Shown here: positions 14,044-26,650 of the stretch, piece by piece
Position numbering within the stretch: the first letter of the stretch is position 1
How the letters are laid out: each line of letters starts with the position of its first letter
NCBI GenBank assembly: GCA_964187785.1
Contig: OZ076409.1
Location: 23,376,001-23,440,000, forward strand
DNA from: Amphiscolops sp. MND2022
Lineage: Eukaryota
DNA: 64,000 nt
Reading direction: 5' to 3'
Made by a program: the position numbers and the translations under genes
Notes under the pieces: model-generated
What the model saw: only the letters and a program-made list of their open reading frames with translations
Told to the model about the DNA's origin: nothing
Databases searched by the model: none

Positions 14044-14229
14044 CGAATGTTATTCATCAAGTATAGAACCAGTTTGTAGAAACTCAGTTTGTAGAAAGTG
14101 AGGTCCAGTTTGTAGATATTTTTTCTGCAAATTGGATTCCACAAACTGGTTTTCTACAAACTGGTTAGGTCTAGTTTATAGAACACCAATTTATGCTCCC
14201 ATTCCCTCAAGTGCCCCGGGTCCGCCTAT

Positions 14230-14979
14230 TGTAACGACCGGCTAGTGACACACATCTAGGAAGAGGGATAATGCCTAGGATGCTGAAACAGGAGACCGTT
14301 GTCTTACTACATCCCTAGACACTAGTTTTTGATCCCAAAATGGTCTCCATTTGATCCCAAGATGTTTTTGATCCCAAGATGGTCTCCTTCTATCGTCTAA
14401 GGAGGCTTCTCTAATTAGAGCTCCGAAGCAGCGTGCCGGCACTCTCAAAGTCCGGACACGCTCCACAAGCCTGTAAAAACATTCCCTAATATTCCTAGCA
14501 CGTTCCTACGACTTCCCACATATTTCCGAGGTCAAAAAAGGTATCTATCTGAAACACATTTTCTTTGGAGAATTAGATCTCAAACGACCTAGAAGGTCAA
14601 ATATCTTCCAAATACAAAAGAAATACCAGTAAAGAAGTAGCGATAATGCACAGGGATAAGCCTCAATTACATTGCAGTTTGTCGTTGATCCTCAACATCT
14701 TCCCTCTGGCACTACTCCGTCTTTTCGTGTGCTCTTCCAGCGAGATGACACAACACTCCGCTCGTCTTGTTTCTCTTTGGCATTTCTCGATTTTTCTTCA
14801 CATTCTTGCTGTTTCTCAATATTCTTCCACGTGCTCTCTTCTTTGCTCTGTCTCCGCGTGGTTCCTTTTTTCGGTCAAGTTCTCGTACCTGCCAGGTCGC
14901 CATTTTTATTGTTCTATTTCGATACCGCACATTTCGAATTTTTCATCGAAATTTTGTCATGCCGATGGCTGACGTTACA
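14230..14979 (-). repeat. 3' LTR of giant Gypsy element
   Basis: TGTAACG...CGTTACA inverted termini; near-identical to 33089-33797 plus 34869-34872. Confidence 0.95.
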
Positions 14980-14986
14980 TCCTCTC
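14980..14986 (-). promoter_or_regulatory. Polypurine tract
   Basis: Minus strand GAGAGGA immediately precedes the TG of the 3' LTR. Confidence 0.6.
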
Positions 14987-15663
14987 AGGCCGTAGTTTGT
15001 CGTCCTCGGCAAACGAGAGGATACTCTTACCCAGAAGGTAATTGCCATGGCAAGAAGTGGCTGAATATTTAGACAAGGTTCCATCGTTCTTTTTTTATTT
15101 TCTTTTGATTCTCTTACTTCTTTCTCATTATTTCCTTTCGCATTAGTGTTGGTATATTTTAGCAAACTCAAAGGTATTTGACAAAACCAAAAATACGACA
15201 GTTGATTTAAAAATCGATTTGCAGTTCTGATAATTTGGATTAAAATCATCTCTTTACTAAAAAGTGCTCCTGCACAGCTCGAGTAACAACAAGTGAATCT
15301 TGGTAGCAACATTGAATTACTAAGTTGGGGAAGGTGGGCACTGGCTCAGGGCCCACCAATGTAATTTGAATGAACTGAAATTTAGGCGAATACTCTTCAC
15401 GTATACTGAGTGTCGCTTCAAAATGTAATCTACGAAGCACCGAACTGAAATGAGCGGAATAGTCTGGATAATCCAGCAAAGCCGTTGAAGGTAAATATTG
15501 TTTTCGCACCTTTGTAAATTGTTAACATGTTTTTTCAGTTTTAGTCTTCACTTGATCAGCGTGAATAGTATCTTCATCCTTCATGCTGGTTTGATTGCAG
15601 GTCACGGATCGACGTCACAGCCGCTGGCTCTAAGTTTGCAGAGTGATCCGCCACCAAGGGAGG

Positions 15664-16227
15664 CTATTGGCCAGAATCGTCAATGGTCAATAAGTTGTTT
15701 AGTTCCGATTCAATGTCAGCCTCGTCCATTTGGGATATGCCCGTATCAGGTTCATCTTGGGCTGGGGTGGCCGCACCAGATAGGGTGAAATTGTCGTCCG
15801 TCATGGATTCGTCGGGAGGACCCACAGCAGTCGATAGGTTTTCCTGGTCTTCCTGCATCCGCGTTTCAGCCCTGTTTAGAGGTGGTACTTCAGGTGGTAA
15901 CTGTTGTGAACTGCCAGGGGCAGTCATACTTATTTGATGGTTTTCGCCGGTTATACTTCCCTGTGGGAGTTCGGGTAGGCTATCAGCCAAATCTGGGTGG
16001 CCATACTGCATAAATAAGTTTTTGAAGATTTGGATACGTCGCGCATAATCTTCGCCAACTGGTTGTCCTCGCTCTTTCTGTCGGCTATGCAGACTCAGGA
16101 ATAATTCCAGCGCAGCGCGCGGATTGCTAGGAACTTCCGTACTTACTGGTAGGGTCTTTCTGTTTGGTTCTCTGGCTACGGAGGATATCATGGCCTTTAC
16201 ACGTTGGCATAGCTGGTGGACTGCCAT
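15664..16227 (-). CDS. Accessory ORF of giant Gypsy, unknown function (187 aa, acidic low-complexity tail)
   Basis: Open, GC-richer frame in element sense orientation within an AT-rich 3' region. No recognised motif. Confidence 0.5.
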   Translation of the reverse strand: MAVHQLCQRVKAMISSVAREPNRKTLPVSTEVPSNPRAALELFLSLHSRQKERGQPVGEDYARRIQIFKNLFMQYGHPDLADSLPELPQGSITGENHQISMTAPGSSQQLPPEVPPLNRAETRMQEDQENLSTAVGPPDESMTDDNFTLSGAATPAQDEPDTGISQMDEADIESELNNLLTIDDSGQ

Positions 16228-17328
16228 GTCGATTAGTTATGGTTTTGACCAGCATGTCGTTGCGTCCAGGATGTGGGCGGGGTGTACACGGGGGTTCAAT
16301 CACCAAGTTGTATCCAGCTTCAAGCTACCGAGAAGTAATTAGACACAATTTGAAAGAGGCCCAATCCGATTATTTGATGTAGTCGTGAACATGATTCTGT
16401 ACTTTGGTAAACTTCAATGAAATTTATTTTCGTGTTCAAATTTTTGACTCAAATTTAAAATAGTTCTAATATTTCTTTTATATTCCTAGTTTAAATGTTT
16501 TTGAAAACTCAAAGAGTGACTCGAAGAGATAATAACAATTAGGATGGTTTAATTCGTTTTCCCGAACCTGTTTCATGTGGCCAAAATCGATGAGGTTTGA
16601 AAGTTCAAAGAGTGACTCGAATTCAATTTCCTTTTGCTTTTGTTGCTCCTGCTGGTTTCAGACAACTGGTTTGTAATAATTCATTGAAAGACTCGATTTC
16701 AATTGAAGTTTTTCCTTTGTTGCTCATGGATTAGAAATATTTAGTAATTCTTTGAAAGACTCGATGTCAATTCAATTTTGCTTTTGTTACTCACGGTTTA
16801 GAAACTTTTGACAAGTAACGAAGTAAAAAGCTAAAACGGAGGTGCTATTGGTTCAGAAAAAAATCTTTGCTGCAAAAAATTGAATTATTCATTCAAAAAA
16901 TCTAGTAAAAGTCTCAATTAAAAAATATTTTAGCACCTTAGAATCTAACTGGTTCAGAACAATTTAACCTGAGCAATCATTGTAAACCTTTATTATAATT
17001 TTAACAATGATTCTTCCGTTAATTTGATGAAAAAAAATTATCAACTGATCAATTAAATTCACTATTGTAACATTTGAATAAGAATTCGGGAAAATTTTCT
17101 AAGAATCCAGACAATTTCCAAGAATCGACAAAAACTTCAAGAATCGACAAAATTTCGAGAATCGACAAACTAATGTTAACACATTATCTCCATGTATTAA
17201 AATTAGTGTCTAGATTCTCGAATCTCTTTTTCTCGATTCTTGAAATTAGTGGAAATACATGCGCACTATTGTTTTCTCAATTCTTGACTTTTATAGGCGG
17301 CATAAACAATTTCTTTGAAGTTCAAATT

Positions 17329-20300
17329 TCAAGAATCGGGAAAAAACTCACTTCGCTGCGTTAAACTACCACTTTTCTTGATTCTTGAAAAATTGAACAT
17401 TTCCCACTTTGGCCTCGTAATGTTGGTTCGATCACAGTACATTCGCGATGTGTCACAAACGTATGGGTAGCGCAACCCGGTGGGTGTTTCGCCCCGCTTT
17501 CTGCCTCCCAGTCTTTGGATAATTCTGGCTAGGACTCTCAGGACTACCTCTGCGTTCCAGCCTGCAAAAGAGTCTGCGGAGCCTGTTTCTGGGTCTACGG
17601 GGATGCGTAGTCATGCGACTGGGTGGAATTCTATTGGCATTGGGAGCGCGCACAGTGCACGTGCTCGAATGATTGACGTGAAGTCGTACTCCACTCGCTT
17701 TTTGTCTTTGATGATCGTATAAGCCATGGGTGGTCGTAGAGATGCGAAATTCCTCACCACTGGTTGGTAAGTAGGACCCCGCTGGGATCCGTCCGAAGTT
17801 ACAAAGTGTAGAATGGATAAGGCAGGGGCACTTGCTGCCACTCGTAGGGCTTGTGTTGAATATCGCAATGCCATGACTGCACCGAAGATTGGCCAAATTA
17901 TGGGGGCGATGAGGGGTATCAGATCTTCTGTCTCTACTAGCACAAGAGTGGCAATCTGGGAGGGGAACAGGAAGCCTGGAATCTGGTTGGGTTCCTTGTT
18001 CACTGCAGGATTGTCATCCAGGGGATGCATGATTCCCGTGACGTTTACCCAGGTGGAGTAAATCCATGCGAGGAGGGCATCAATGTTGAGTTCTAATTGC
18101 TTCTTCATTTGTAGGGGACCCGCTGGGTCAAGGGGTGTAAGGTTGCATGTAGCCAGTTTTTCAGGTTCTGGACGTACACTAGGAAGCTGAAAAGGCACAA
18201 GCTTCCTTTGTCGAATATCAGTTTCTGTAGGAGGCCTGAAGGTCCTTTGTACACTGCGTGTAAACCGACCGCCATCATGTACGCTAAGATTTCGTACATT
18301 GTAGCTCTTTGCATTGCTTCCACATAAAAGCTTGTTTGTTGATCGTCTAAATTGTATTCTGCTTGCACGAAATTAGGAAGTCAGAATGGGGATATATTGT
18401 ATAAGAGTACCGGGAACAGGATTTCTAGCTGCTCTGCGACTTGATTTAATGTCTCGCGCAACGATTGGTGCCATGTTTGGTATGTGTGTCTGGGTTCTGT
18501 TTCATTCTGCTTGGCTAGATTTCGCGCCATCACTACTATCAATGTCAGAGTTGGCGATACTATTCCAGGATGTGCGTCCGTGGCTACTGCTGCCATTGGA
18601 AAAATTGTCGTGTTCGTTCGTTCTGCTTTGATCGCTTCTGTCACCCTGAATAGAGCTAGTAGCTCCTTATTGAATTTTGGGTCATGAGTTTTGTCATCCA
18701 GGGAGGATTTGTCCCTGCGTTCATACCATAAGTTATCCACAAGATGTTCGCGCTCTTGTTCATTGGGATAATATAGTTGGCGCACGCCCTGTTCATCTAA
18801 GGATCTGCATGACATTTGCATTCCATAGTCATAAGCAGTTGCTTCATCAACTAAGAGCTGCGAATTTCCTGCATACCCAGTGTATCCTTGTAAGGCTTTG
18901 GATACTTCTTCGGGGTAGGCAGGGTACGATGCCTCCCAGGGACGCCATGTCGTTGCGTTGATCCTGAGGTTTGACGCTACGATGTAGAAGTTTAAGTCCA
19001 TTGCATATGATGATTCTAGCGTCAGATACAAGAACTGCCGTATTGCTTTCGGAAGGTATATGTACCCAGGGGGTGACACAAACACGGTTCCCGTAGTGGA
19101 TTTTTTGTTTTTCATCATCGTTACGATGTTGGACATTGTCTCTGTATAGACAACGACTTCGTCCGTGAGGAATCCTTCAGTGAATCGGGTGTGTTGTGTA
19201 TCGAAGTATCTCAATGTACCTCGCAGGGTGAGGTGATCGATTACATTCGAGTCTACAAAGAATGGGGGGAAGTGGTATTGTTTCTGCCGCCGCTGGCGTG
19301 AATATTTTGTTGGTGACTTCGGCTTTTTCGCTGAGCGAGGTGCAGGGCATGTTCATTAACCTAACGTCCATCAGGGTATTTCTGGCGTTGTAGGAAGATT
19401 TGATGGTTGAGTCGACGAAGAAAGCAGATTTTGTTTTCTGCAGCAAGTCCTTTCCCATTGAAAGTAGCGTGATGGGGTCTCTTGCATAGTTCTTGGTTTG
19501 TAGACGGTCTTCGGCGAATCTGGCTAGTTGTTGACAAGTAAGTCGGTTCGTCGGTTGCAAAGGCTGGAGGTAGGTAGAGTTGTCTTTCTGCAGATCCCAT
19601 CGCAGGCGTTCGAACCATGGTGGGCATCCACTGGCTGTAAATATCGGTCGTTTAACGGGTCGAGTGCAGGGTACTCCGATAGTGGCTTTTTCTATGGTTC
19701 TTTGAGTTCCCTGATCTCCTTTGCTGATTGCACTTTCGAATTTTTGCCTTAGGGGGTTTTCTTTGTCAGTCGCGGCTGGTATTTCTCGTTGGAGACGCAC
19801 TGCGTCTCTTGCTGTTATGTCTAGTTGCCGCATTTCTGCTGCAGTAAGCCATTCTTTTGTTACTTTTTGTTTTCTGGCTTCTGGTTGGGTGGGGGAAGAA
19901 GCGGGGACTCCTCTATTCGCTTTTGAGCTTGATTGTTCGCCCTGTTCTCTAGCACGCTTCCCAGCGTTGAGTTTGTCTCGTAGATCTACAGGGGCGTTGG
20001 TGGTCTTGTTCTCCACCCGTTGCTGCTGTCGCTGGCGTTCTTTGAGCTTTGGATCTTTCTGGAAGCCTACTAGGCGGCTTGGCTCGTTTCTTGTGGTTCA
20101 CTTCTGGAGGAGGATGGCGTCAACTCATCGTATGAGTCCTGAAAAGTGACTGTTCTAGTCTGGCGATTTTCTCTTGTTTGTTCTTCATTCGTACTCGGGT
20201 TATTTGCAATTGCATTCACTTGTACCCCTCCCCCTGAAAGGTTGAAGGAAGCATGAAACTGGTTGAATGCTGTGTGAGTAAACGTACACCATTAGATGCT

Positions 20301-20850
20301 AAGGGCATGGGTGGGGTCAAAATCGGAGGAGGTACTATAGGCAGGGTGCAACTGAATCTTGGGGGTTTCATTTGTGGAGGAGGAGCCAGATTTTGTGGTT
20401 GCAGAAGCGGCAGTACCTGGATCGGTGGTTGCATGGTCGGTGGAGAAATTCGAAGCGACCGTTCTTGGTCCATGGAGGCCTAGTATGCTCTCCATAGATC
20501 ATGTGGGAGCGAGGGTCAATAAGGTCATGAGTTAGGACATAACCATGCCAAGTTCCATCACGGAAGGTAGCGGAACGCTCGAGAGGCACTATCCTACTAG
20601 TGATTGTCAAGAGGACGTCAGGATAAGCCGCTTGTGCCTGCATTTGAACGATGACAATGGCAAGGCCAGCGATCATTGTGGGGGTGGCCCCATTTTGTAG
20701 TGCATGTTGGACAAGGGCGAGCTGGTCGACTCGACCATTAACTTCGCCGATGGGTGAAGTGGTGCTGGTAGTATTGGAGTTGGGGGCACGCTGTCGAGGA
20801 TTTTGTTGATTAGTGGGTGCTGGCATGCGATTTCGCGAAGAAGAATCCAT
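17329..20850 (-). pseudogene. Large accessory ORF2 of giant Gypsy (~1170 codons) with central SGNH-like fold
   Basis: Consecutive same-strand ORF pieces (20368-21093, 20216-20473, 19177-20016, 18381-19214, 18105-18368, 17611-18198 and read-through to 17329) join through a few frameshifts and stops. No signal peptide or TM anchor seen. Confidence 0.7.
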
Positions 20851-21174
20851 TGATAGTAGGCGGGATAGCACCGGGGGGCAGTTAGATGAAATTGGCATGA
20901 TCGGGTGATGGTGAATTTTGGGATAGCCGCGCAGAGGCGAAGCAACAGAACAAAACTGAAAAACAAGTTGCGGATGAACATAAAAAGATAAATTGTGAAC
21001 AAGCTGAAAGTAAATGGGACAAACACACGGAGGTTTAAAATTAGGAAGTATGACGTTTGCGATTAAAAGTTTTTCAGTACGAGTTTCAATCATTCAAAAT
21101 TTAGAACGCGATCTGTGGTAAGGAATTAATGTCGGAAATAGGTAAGGAGAGGAAAGGGTGAGGCCTCTGGGGGC

Positions 21175-22400
21175 TCAATTAGTGTTTATATTGATTGAGG
21201 TTACCGATGCTATGGAAACGTAAACTCGATTGTGGAAAATTATCTCTGGATTTTGACCCGCAAAGAGATCACGTACCGCAGCATACCAAGTTGATAACAG
21301 GTTGATTGATCGTTCGGGATCGTAAATGGGCAGGTGGAATTGTGTGATGCGATATCAGTGAAGCTGGTGTGAGAAGTATGTAAGACATGTGTGCAGAAGT
21401 TCGTGCAGTAGTGGATGTTTGTTGGAAGCTCTGGTGCACAAGAGAAAGATTTGATTGTTCCAGGGTGCGGTAGGCGAGTGAATCAAGCGTATGGCAGTGC
21501 CGACCGATGGTCTCAGGCGGAATATGTTTTCTTGCCCATATTTGCGAATGACGTAGCGAGCTGTTGCCGAGTATGACAGCAAATCCGCTGGACAACACAA
21601 CACTACGGTGCCAGAGGCCTGTAAGAGATCTGTGTCGGAATAAGTTATCCATGGCACGTAATTTGGTCTGGTTTTCGGTTGTGTAATAAGCCATTTTCCC
21701 GTGGTGTCGTCGTCATCATTCATCAGTTGGGGTGTCAAGTGTTCAAAAATCGCTCTGCGATCCTCCCATATCGTGCGACGTAGAGGGCGGTCGCCCATGT
21801 TGATGCATGACCAGTCGTGTACTATAGAGAGTGCTTCAAGGGCTGTGATAGACGTTTCTGGAGTGTAAGTTAATCGGTCCAAGGTGTGAATTTTTTCTTG
21901 CCGACAGAAGGTGATAGCTATTAGCTGTAACCAATGCTGACCTAAAAACTTTCCACGGAAGATGTCAGCGAGGTGGAAGCAGAGAAAGTCAATGGCTTCT
22001 ACGAGGGTGCGTAAGTTTTCTAGGCACATCAATAATGTGGTGGGGGAGACTAGTGAGGAATCATCAAGGGAAGTTACCAAAAGCCACCATCCTTGGGTAG
22101 GCTGGTACACGTCACCTGGAAGGGAAACAAAGTAGTATTTCTTCCATATCTGGTGTGCAGTAATGCAGCGAATCATCTGTGCGTCGTCGCTCTCTTCGTT
22201 TAATTCACTGAATGTAAGTGAAGAGGTAAAGGGGGTATGACTGCAGATAACGTAAATTCTAGTCCACCGCGATCATAACATGTCCACTCCTTGAAACGAT
22301 AAGTAGGGCAGTCTGAGGGAGAGGAGTCATACATTGCCATTGGTGTGGATTCCCGCGGCGGTACTAGTCCAGATTCTGCGCTGGCATAGGTTTTCTTCAC
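21175..22400 (-). pseudogene. Tandem TARG1/OARD1-like macrodomains at Pol C-terminus
   Basis: ITYSDTDLL...VVLCCPADL...IRKYG...QIFLLCTR...LHTCLTYF...ITQFHLP...WYAAVRDLFAGQNPEIIF parallels TARG1 ITYVKGDLF...AHCISEDC...KKKFG...YIYYLITK...LQKSLEAM...VTDLSMP...IEEVFEATDIKITV. A second, more diverged copy lies upstream (WWLLVTSLD...LMCLENL...IAITF). Confidence 0.65.
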
Positions 22401-23495
22401 GGTCAAGATGATGTGTCGGACAGTTGGTGGGGGTTTGAGTTTTTGTTGCTGAGCTTGTACAGCTAGAATGTTGCGGATGTTCAGACGTTTGTGCTAGTGC
22501 GAGTTCACAAGCGGGGATTGCCTCTCTCCCGAGGCCAATCGGAGATTCGAAGGTTCAGTAGTGATCAGCTGGACGCAACTACAGTTGCAGGAACCGCAGG
22601 TTCAACATCTATATCGTGGAGCTCTATTTGCTCGCAGCTGGTAGCGTGGTGCTCGCGTCGAAGCGTTCTCATGTGAGCCCGATTGATCGGGCAATGGGCT
22701 CGCAGGGATCTCAGGCAAAGTCATGGCTCTATCTTGAGTTCTGGGCGGGGTTATAGTAGAGAATCTCGTTCTTGGGCCTCTTCTAGGCCGCAACATTGGT
22801 TTTCGAGAAGATGAGGTGGTTCTGCTTGAGGAAGTGGTACGCTGATTTCTGCAACCAGGGGGTCTGCCTCGTGGTCGTCCTCGCTTGCTTCCGTTGTTGG
22901 GTTGCATTGGAAGTGGGTGTAGTTCTGGATTTTGGTTTTCCTTTTCGATATGGGTTTCTCGTGACTGTTCCGTCGGGACCAAAGGTCCTGACTCATTGGG
23001 GTTCCTAGCTTGCTGGTTAGACAAAGGGAAATTGCTTAGGGTATCCGTAAGTGATGGGTTGGATAATAATGGGGCTGAGGTCCCTGAGGGTGATGGTATC
23101 AAGCTCCTGGTGAGTGTTCCTGGTTGAATTTCTTCTTGGTCGGAGAACAATGGTTCGAAGTCATCTAGTTCGGGAAATACTACTTGTGGAGCTGAATCTT
23201 GTATCGGTGGTTCGGTTATTTCTGGTTCCGATTCAGAGTCGGATGGATACTTAAGATGGCTGAATCTTCTACGTGGAACTTCCTGCTCGAGGGCAGTTTG
23301 TGTGCGGGTTTGGATGGTTCGCGGGGGAACCGGTCTGGTTGGTTCAATTTCGAACGATGCCTCTGGGAGTTGTTCGGGCAGAAAGGAATCTCGGGAAATG
23401 TCCGAGGTGATTTCTTCGTTACTTTTTTCTACGCATGGATCCGCTATGATGGCTACGTTCTGATCCAGCCAGAAGGGTTGGTGTGTAGCCCAGTC

Positions 23496-24560
23496 TCAAG
23501 GGGCGGGCACGTGTTTCTTCAGTCTCTCATAATGAACTTTTTGACCAGTGTCAAGTACGTAAATGCGTCCATCTTGCAACACATCCGTTACTTTGTGGGG
23601 TCCGCGCCATGCGCGAACTAGTTTGCGGGTACTACCCTTGGGTATTATGTGGCAGAATACCCAAACAGCATCGCCTACAGCGTGCGCTTTCGCCTTGAGG
23701 TGGCGATTGAGTTTCAATTTCTGCCTTAGTTGAGCTTGATGGGTGTTTCTTCTGACCAATTCATGAATTTGTTGTTGCCTGGCTAGTAGATGTTCTACAA
23801 ACTCTTCTTTGGAGTCGAAGCCTCGCGCTGCGCATTCGGGGTTTATGAATGATAGAGGAATGGATTTCTCTGCGCCATGTTGGAGCATGTTCGGTGAAAA
23901 TCCTGTGGTGGCATGTCGGGTCGAGTTGTAGGCACCCAGGACTCCGTCGATATGTTCATCCCAGTCCTGCATTCTGCGTGACGTGTAGACTCGGAGCAAG
24001 GTAGGCAAAGTTCTGTTCTGTCGTTCAACTAGTCCATTACCTCTGGGGTGTGCTGGCGTGGACGTAACCTTGGTGACCTGTGATGCCTTCATGAGTTCTT
24101 GAGCTATTTCAGCTGTGAAGTTTGTGGCGTTGTCGGATTGCATCCTTGCTGGGGTGCCGTGCCTGGCAACCCACTTGTTGAGGATGATCTTAGCCGTGGT
24201 CTACGCGTCGTATTCATCATGGGCGCATAGGACAGCTTCTGCGAACTTGGTAAAATGGTCTATTATGACCAATAGTCCGGTGTTACCTGATTCAGTTTTG
24301 CAAAGCTTCAGGTGGTTGAACTGTACTAGATCATTGAAATTGCTACTGTTTATGATTCGCAAGGGGAAGCAGGGAATTCCTGCGGGGTGTTTTGCTTGCT
24401 GGCATGTCAAGCATTTTTAGATGTGATTCACTACATCTCTCTTGATGTCGGGCCAGGTGTATCGCTCCTGTATTCCCGCTAACACTTTTCCCACGCCTTG
24501 ATATCCTGACTAGCATGTGCCCGATAGAGGATTTCATGTTGGAATAGTTGTGACATGACT
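23496..24560 (-). pseudogene. Gypsy integrase
   Basis: HHCC zinc finger remnants (YRAH...YTWP...CLTC), LVIIDHFTKF, QSDN, LVERQNRTL, AYNSTRHATTG, and GPY/F-like WRGPHKV. Confidence 0.92.
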
Positions 24561-25003
24561 ATCATGCATGGGCGCACGTGCAGTGCGCGTTGTTGTGGGT
24601 CGTATTTGACGCTTAGTATGTCATCAGGGTTCAAAAAGAGTAAATCCTTCTTTTGGTTGTAGTATCGCTTGGCTAAGTCTTGCACTTCGTCTGGAATAAT
24701 TGGATCTTGCAAAGATTCATTCTTCATGAGCTTCTTCAGTGCCAAGAGATGCACATCTCTGTTTTGAGACAAGTGCAGGTCTTTAAGACCATATTTGGTC
24801 AAGTGATGATCGTGTAATTCCGTTCCGATGGTCCTCAGGACGTCCGCTTGCATTTGACATTCAATGGGCAATTCGCCTAAGGTTGGATCAGGCTCGAGGG
24901 TGTCTATTCGTGCGGGAGGCATCCTGGTAGTTATGCTCAAAATGCGGTTTGGTCTTTCGTCTTCTTCAAGAGTCGCTGTGGTCTCCCCTTGGATCTGAGG
25001 ATA

Positions 25004-26650
25004 TCAAGGAGTGTGTCCAGATGGCTCTTCGGGAATTTCGTTTCTCGGTTCTTTTCGAAGGATATACAGTAAGGGTAGCCGAGCTCGAGCTTCCGGAGGA
25101 AACTCCGGGTAGTCTGGAATGAGGCGACTGTGCTTGTCAAAGTACGGCACGGTAGGGAGATTGTCATAGTCTTCTTGCGACATGAAGTTGAATCCCTCAC
25201 TCACTTCTGGCAATTTTTCAAGGATTTGTTCGCGATGGACGTAATCATTGGTTCTTTTGCTGAGTCCATCAACGTTTCGATGCTGCGTGCGGGGTCGGTG
25301 AATTGTTTTGAAGTGATACTGGTCCAGGCGTGCGATCCAACGGCCAATCATGGCTTGGTCCATTGAGTAGGTTTTCAGCCACGAAAAGGCATGGTTGTCC
25401 ACGCGGAGCGTGAATTTTCGACCAGCTAGATATGAGTGGAACTTCTCGACGAAGTAAACAACTACGTACATTTCCAGTTTTAAGGCACCATATTTCAGTT
25501 GGGTTCTTGTTAGCGACTTGCTACTATAAACTATGGGTCTTAGGATGGTTTTGCCGTTGTATTCTTGTTCTTGGTGTAGAATACCAGCTATTGCAAATGT
25601 ACTGGCATCGGTATCTAGCGCAAATCGTCCTTGCTCGTTTGGTGCAGCCAAAGTAGTCGCGTCTGCGAGGGCTTGTTTTACCGAGTCAAAGGCTTCTTGG
25701 TGCCTCTCTTCCCATTGGAAGTGTTGGTTCTTTTTCAACAGCTCTTGCACAGGTTGTACTTTAGCGGCATGGAATGGGACGAAATCACGGTAGTAGTTGG
25801 CAAACCCTAGAAAACTTTGAAGTTCTTCTTTGTTCCCATGGGCAACCACTCCTGGATTTTGGCTACGGCTTCTGGATCCGGTTTGATTCCCTCGGCAGAC
25901 ACTACTTGTCCCAAGTACTTTGTTTCTGGACGCATGAAGTCGCATTTTTCTGCTCGCATTTTGAAACCTGCCTCTCTGAGACACTCGAACACTTCTTTGA
26001 TTCTCACGATGTGATCTTCGATCGTTTCCGTTGCGATTACTATGTCGTCAATATAGGCCATGACGACACTTCCATGTCTTTGCTGGATCTTTTATAGGGC
26101 TTTTGTGATGGATCGTTGGAATGTAGCGGATGCATTGCATAGCCCAAAGGGCATGCGTCGCGATTCGAATAAGTCAATTTGCAGGCGAATGCAGTTTTCC
26201 TTCTGTTGCGTTTTTTTTAGTGGTAACTGCCAGAAGGCCAATGCCAAGTCAATACTCGTGAAGATTTTCGCGTTGCCTATCCTGGATAGACTTTCGTCTA
26301 TTCTGGGTAGAGGGAAAGCATCCTTGACTGTTACGTCGTTTAGCGGTCGAAAGTCGCAACCGAAGCGAAGATCGCCTGTCTTTTTTTTCACCATGACTAT
26401 TCCACTAGCCCATGGCGAGTAGGAAAGTTGGATTAAGCCGAGGGCTAATAAGTTCCTCACTTCTTGATTGGCTTCAGCAGCCTTGTCTGGGGACATACGC
26501 CTCGCACCTTCCCTGTGGGAGATGGCTTCTGGTTCTAGTTCAATGCGATTTTCCGCTATTGTACATCTCCTTATGTCGGCCTTGTGCTTCTTGAAAAGGT
26601 CGTCGTACTCATTCAAAACTTCTTCTAGTTGATCCCTTGCACCCTCCCCC
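25004..26650 (-). pseudogene. Gypsy reverse transcriptase and RNase H
   Basis: SPWASGIVMVKKK, DFRPLN, FPLPRIDE, MPFGL, YIDD, YLG, FLGFANYYR; RNase H TDAS...LE...VDNH...HRNVDGLS. Confidence 0.96.

Noticed and set aside
14646..15072. Duplicated ORFs (also 33468-33819)
   Set aside because: They are duplicated only because they lie in the LTRs; no protein motif.
17329..20850. env gene
   Set aside because: Env position, but no signal peptide, fusion-protein Cys pattern or TM anchor seen.
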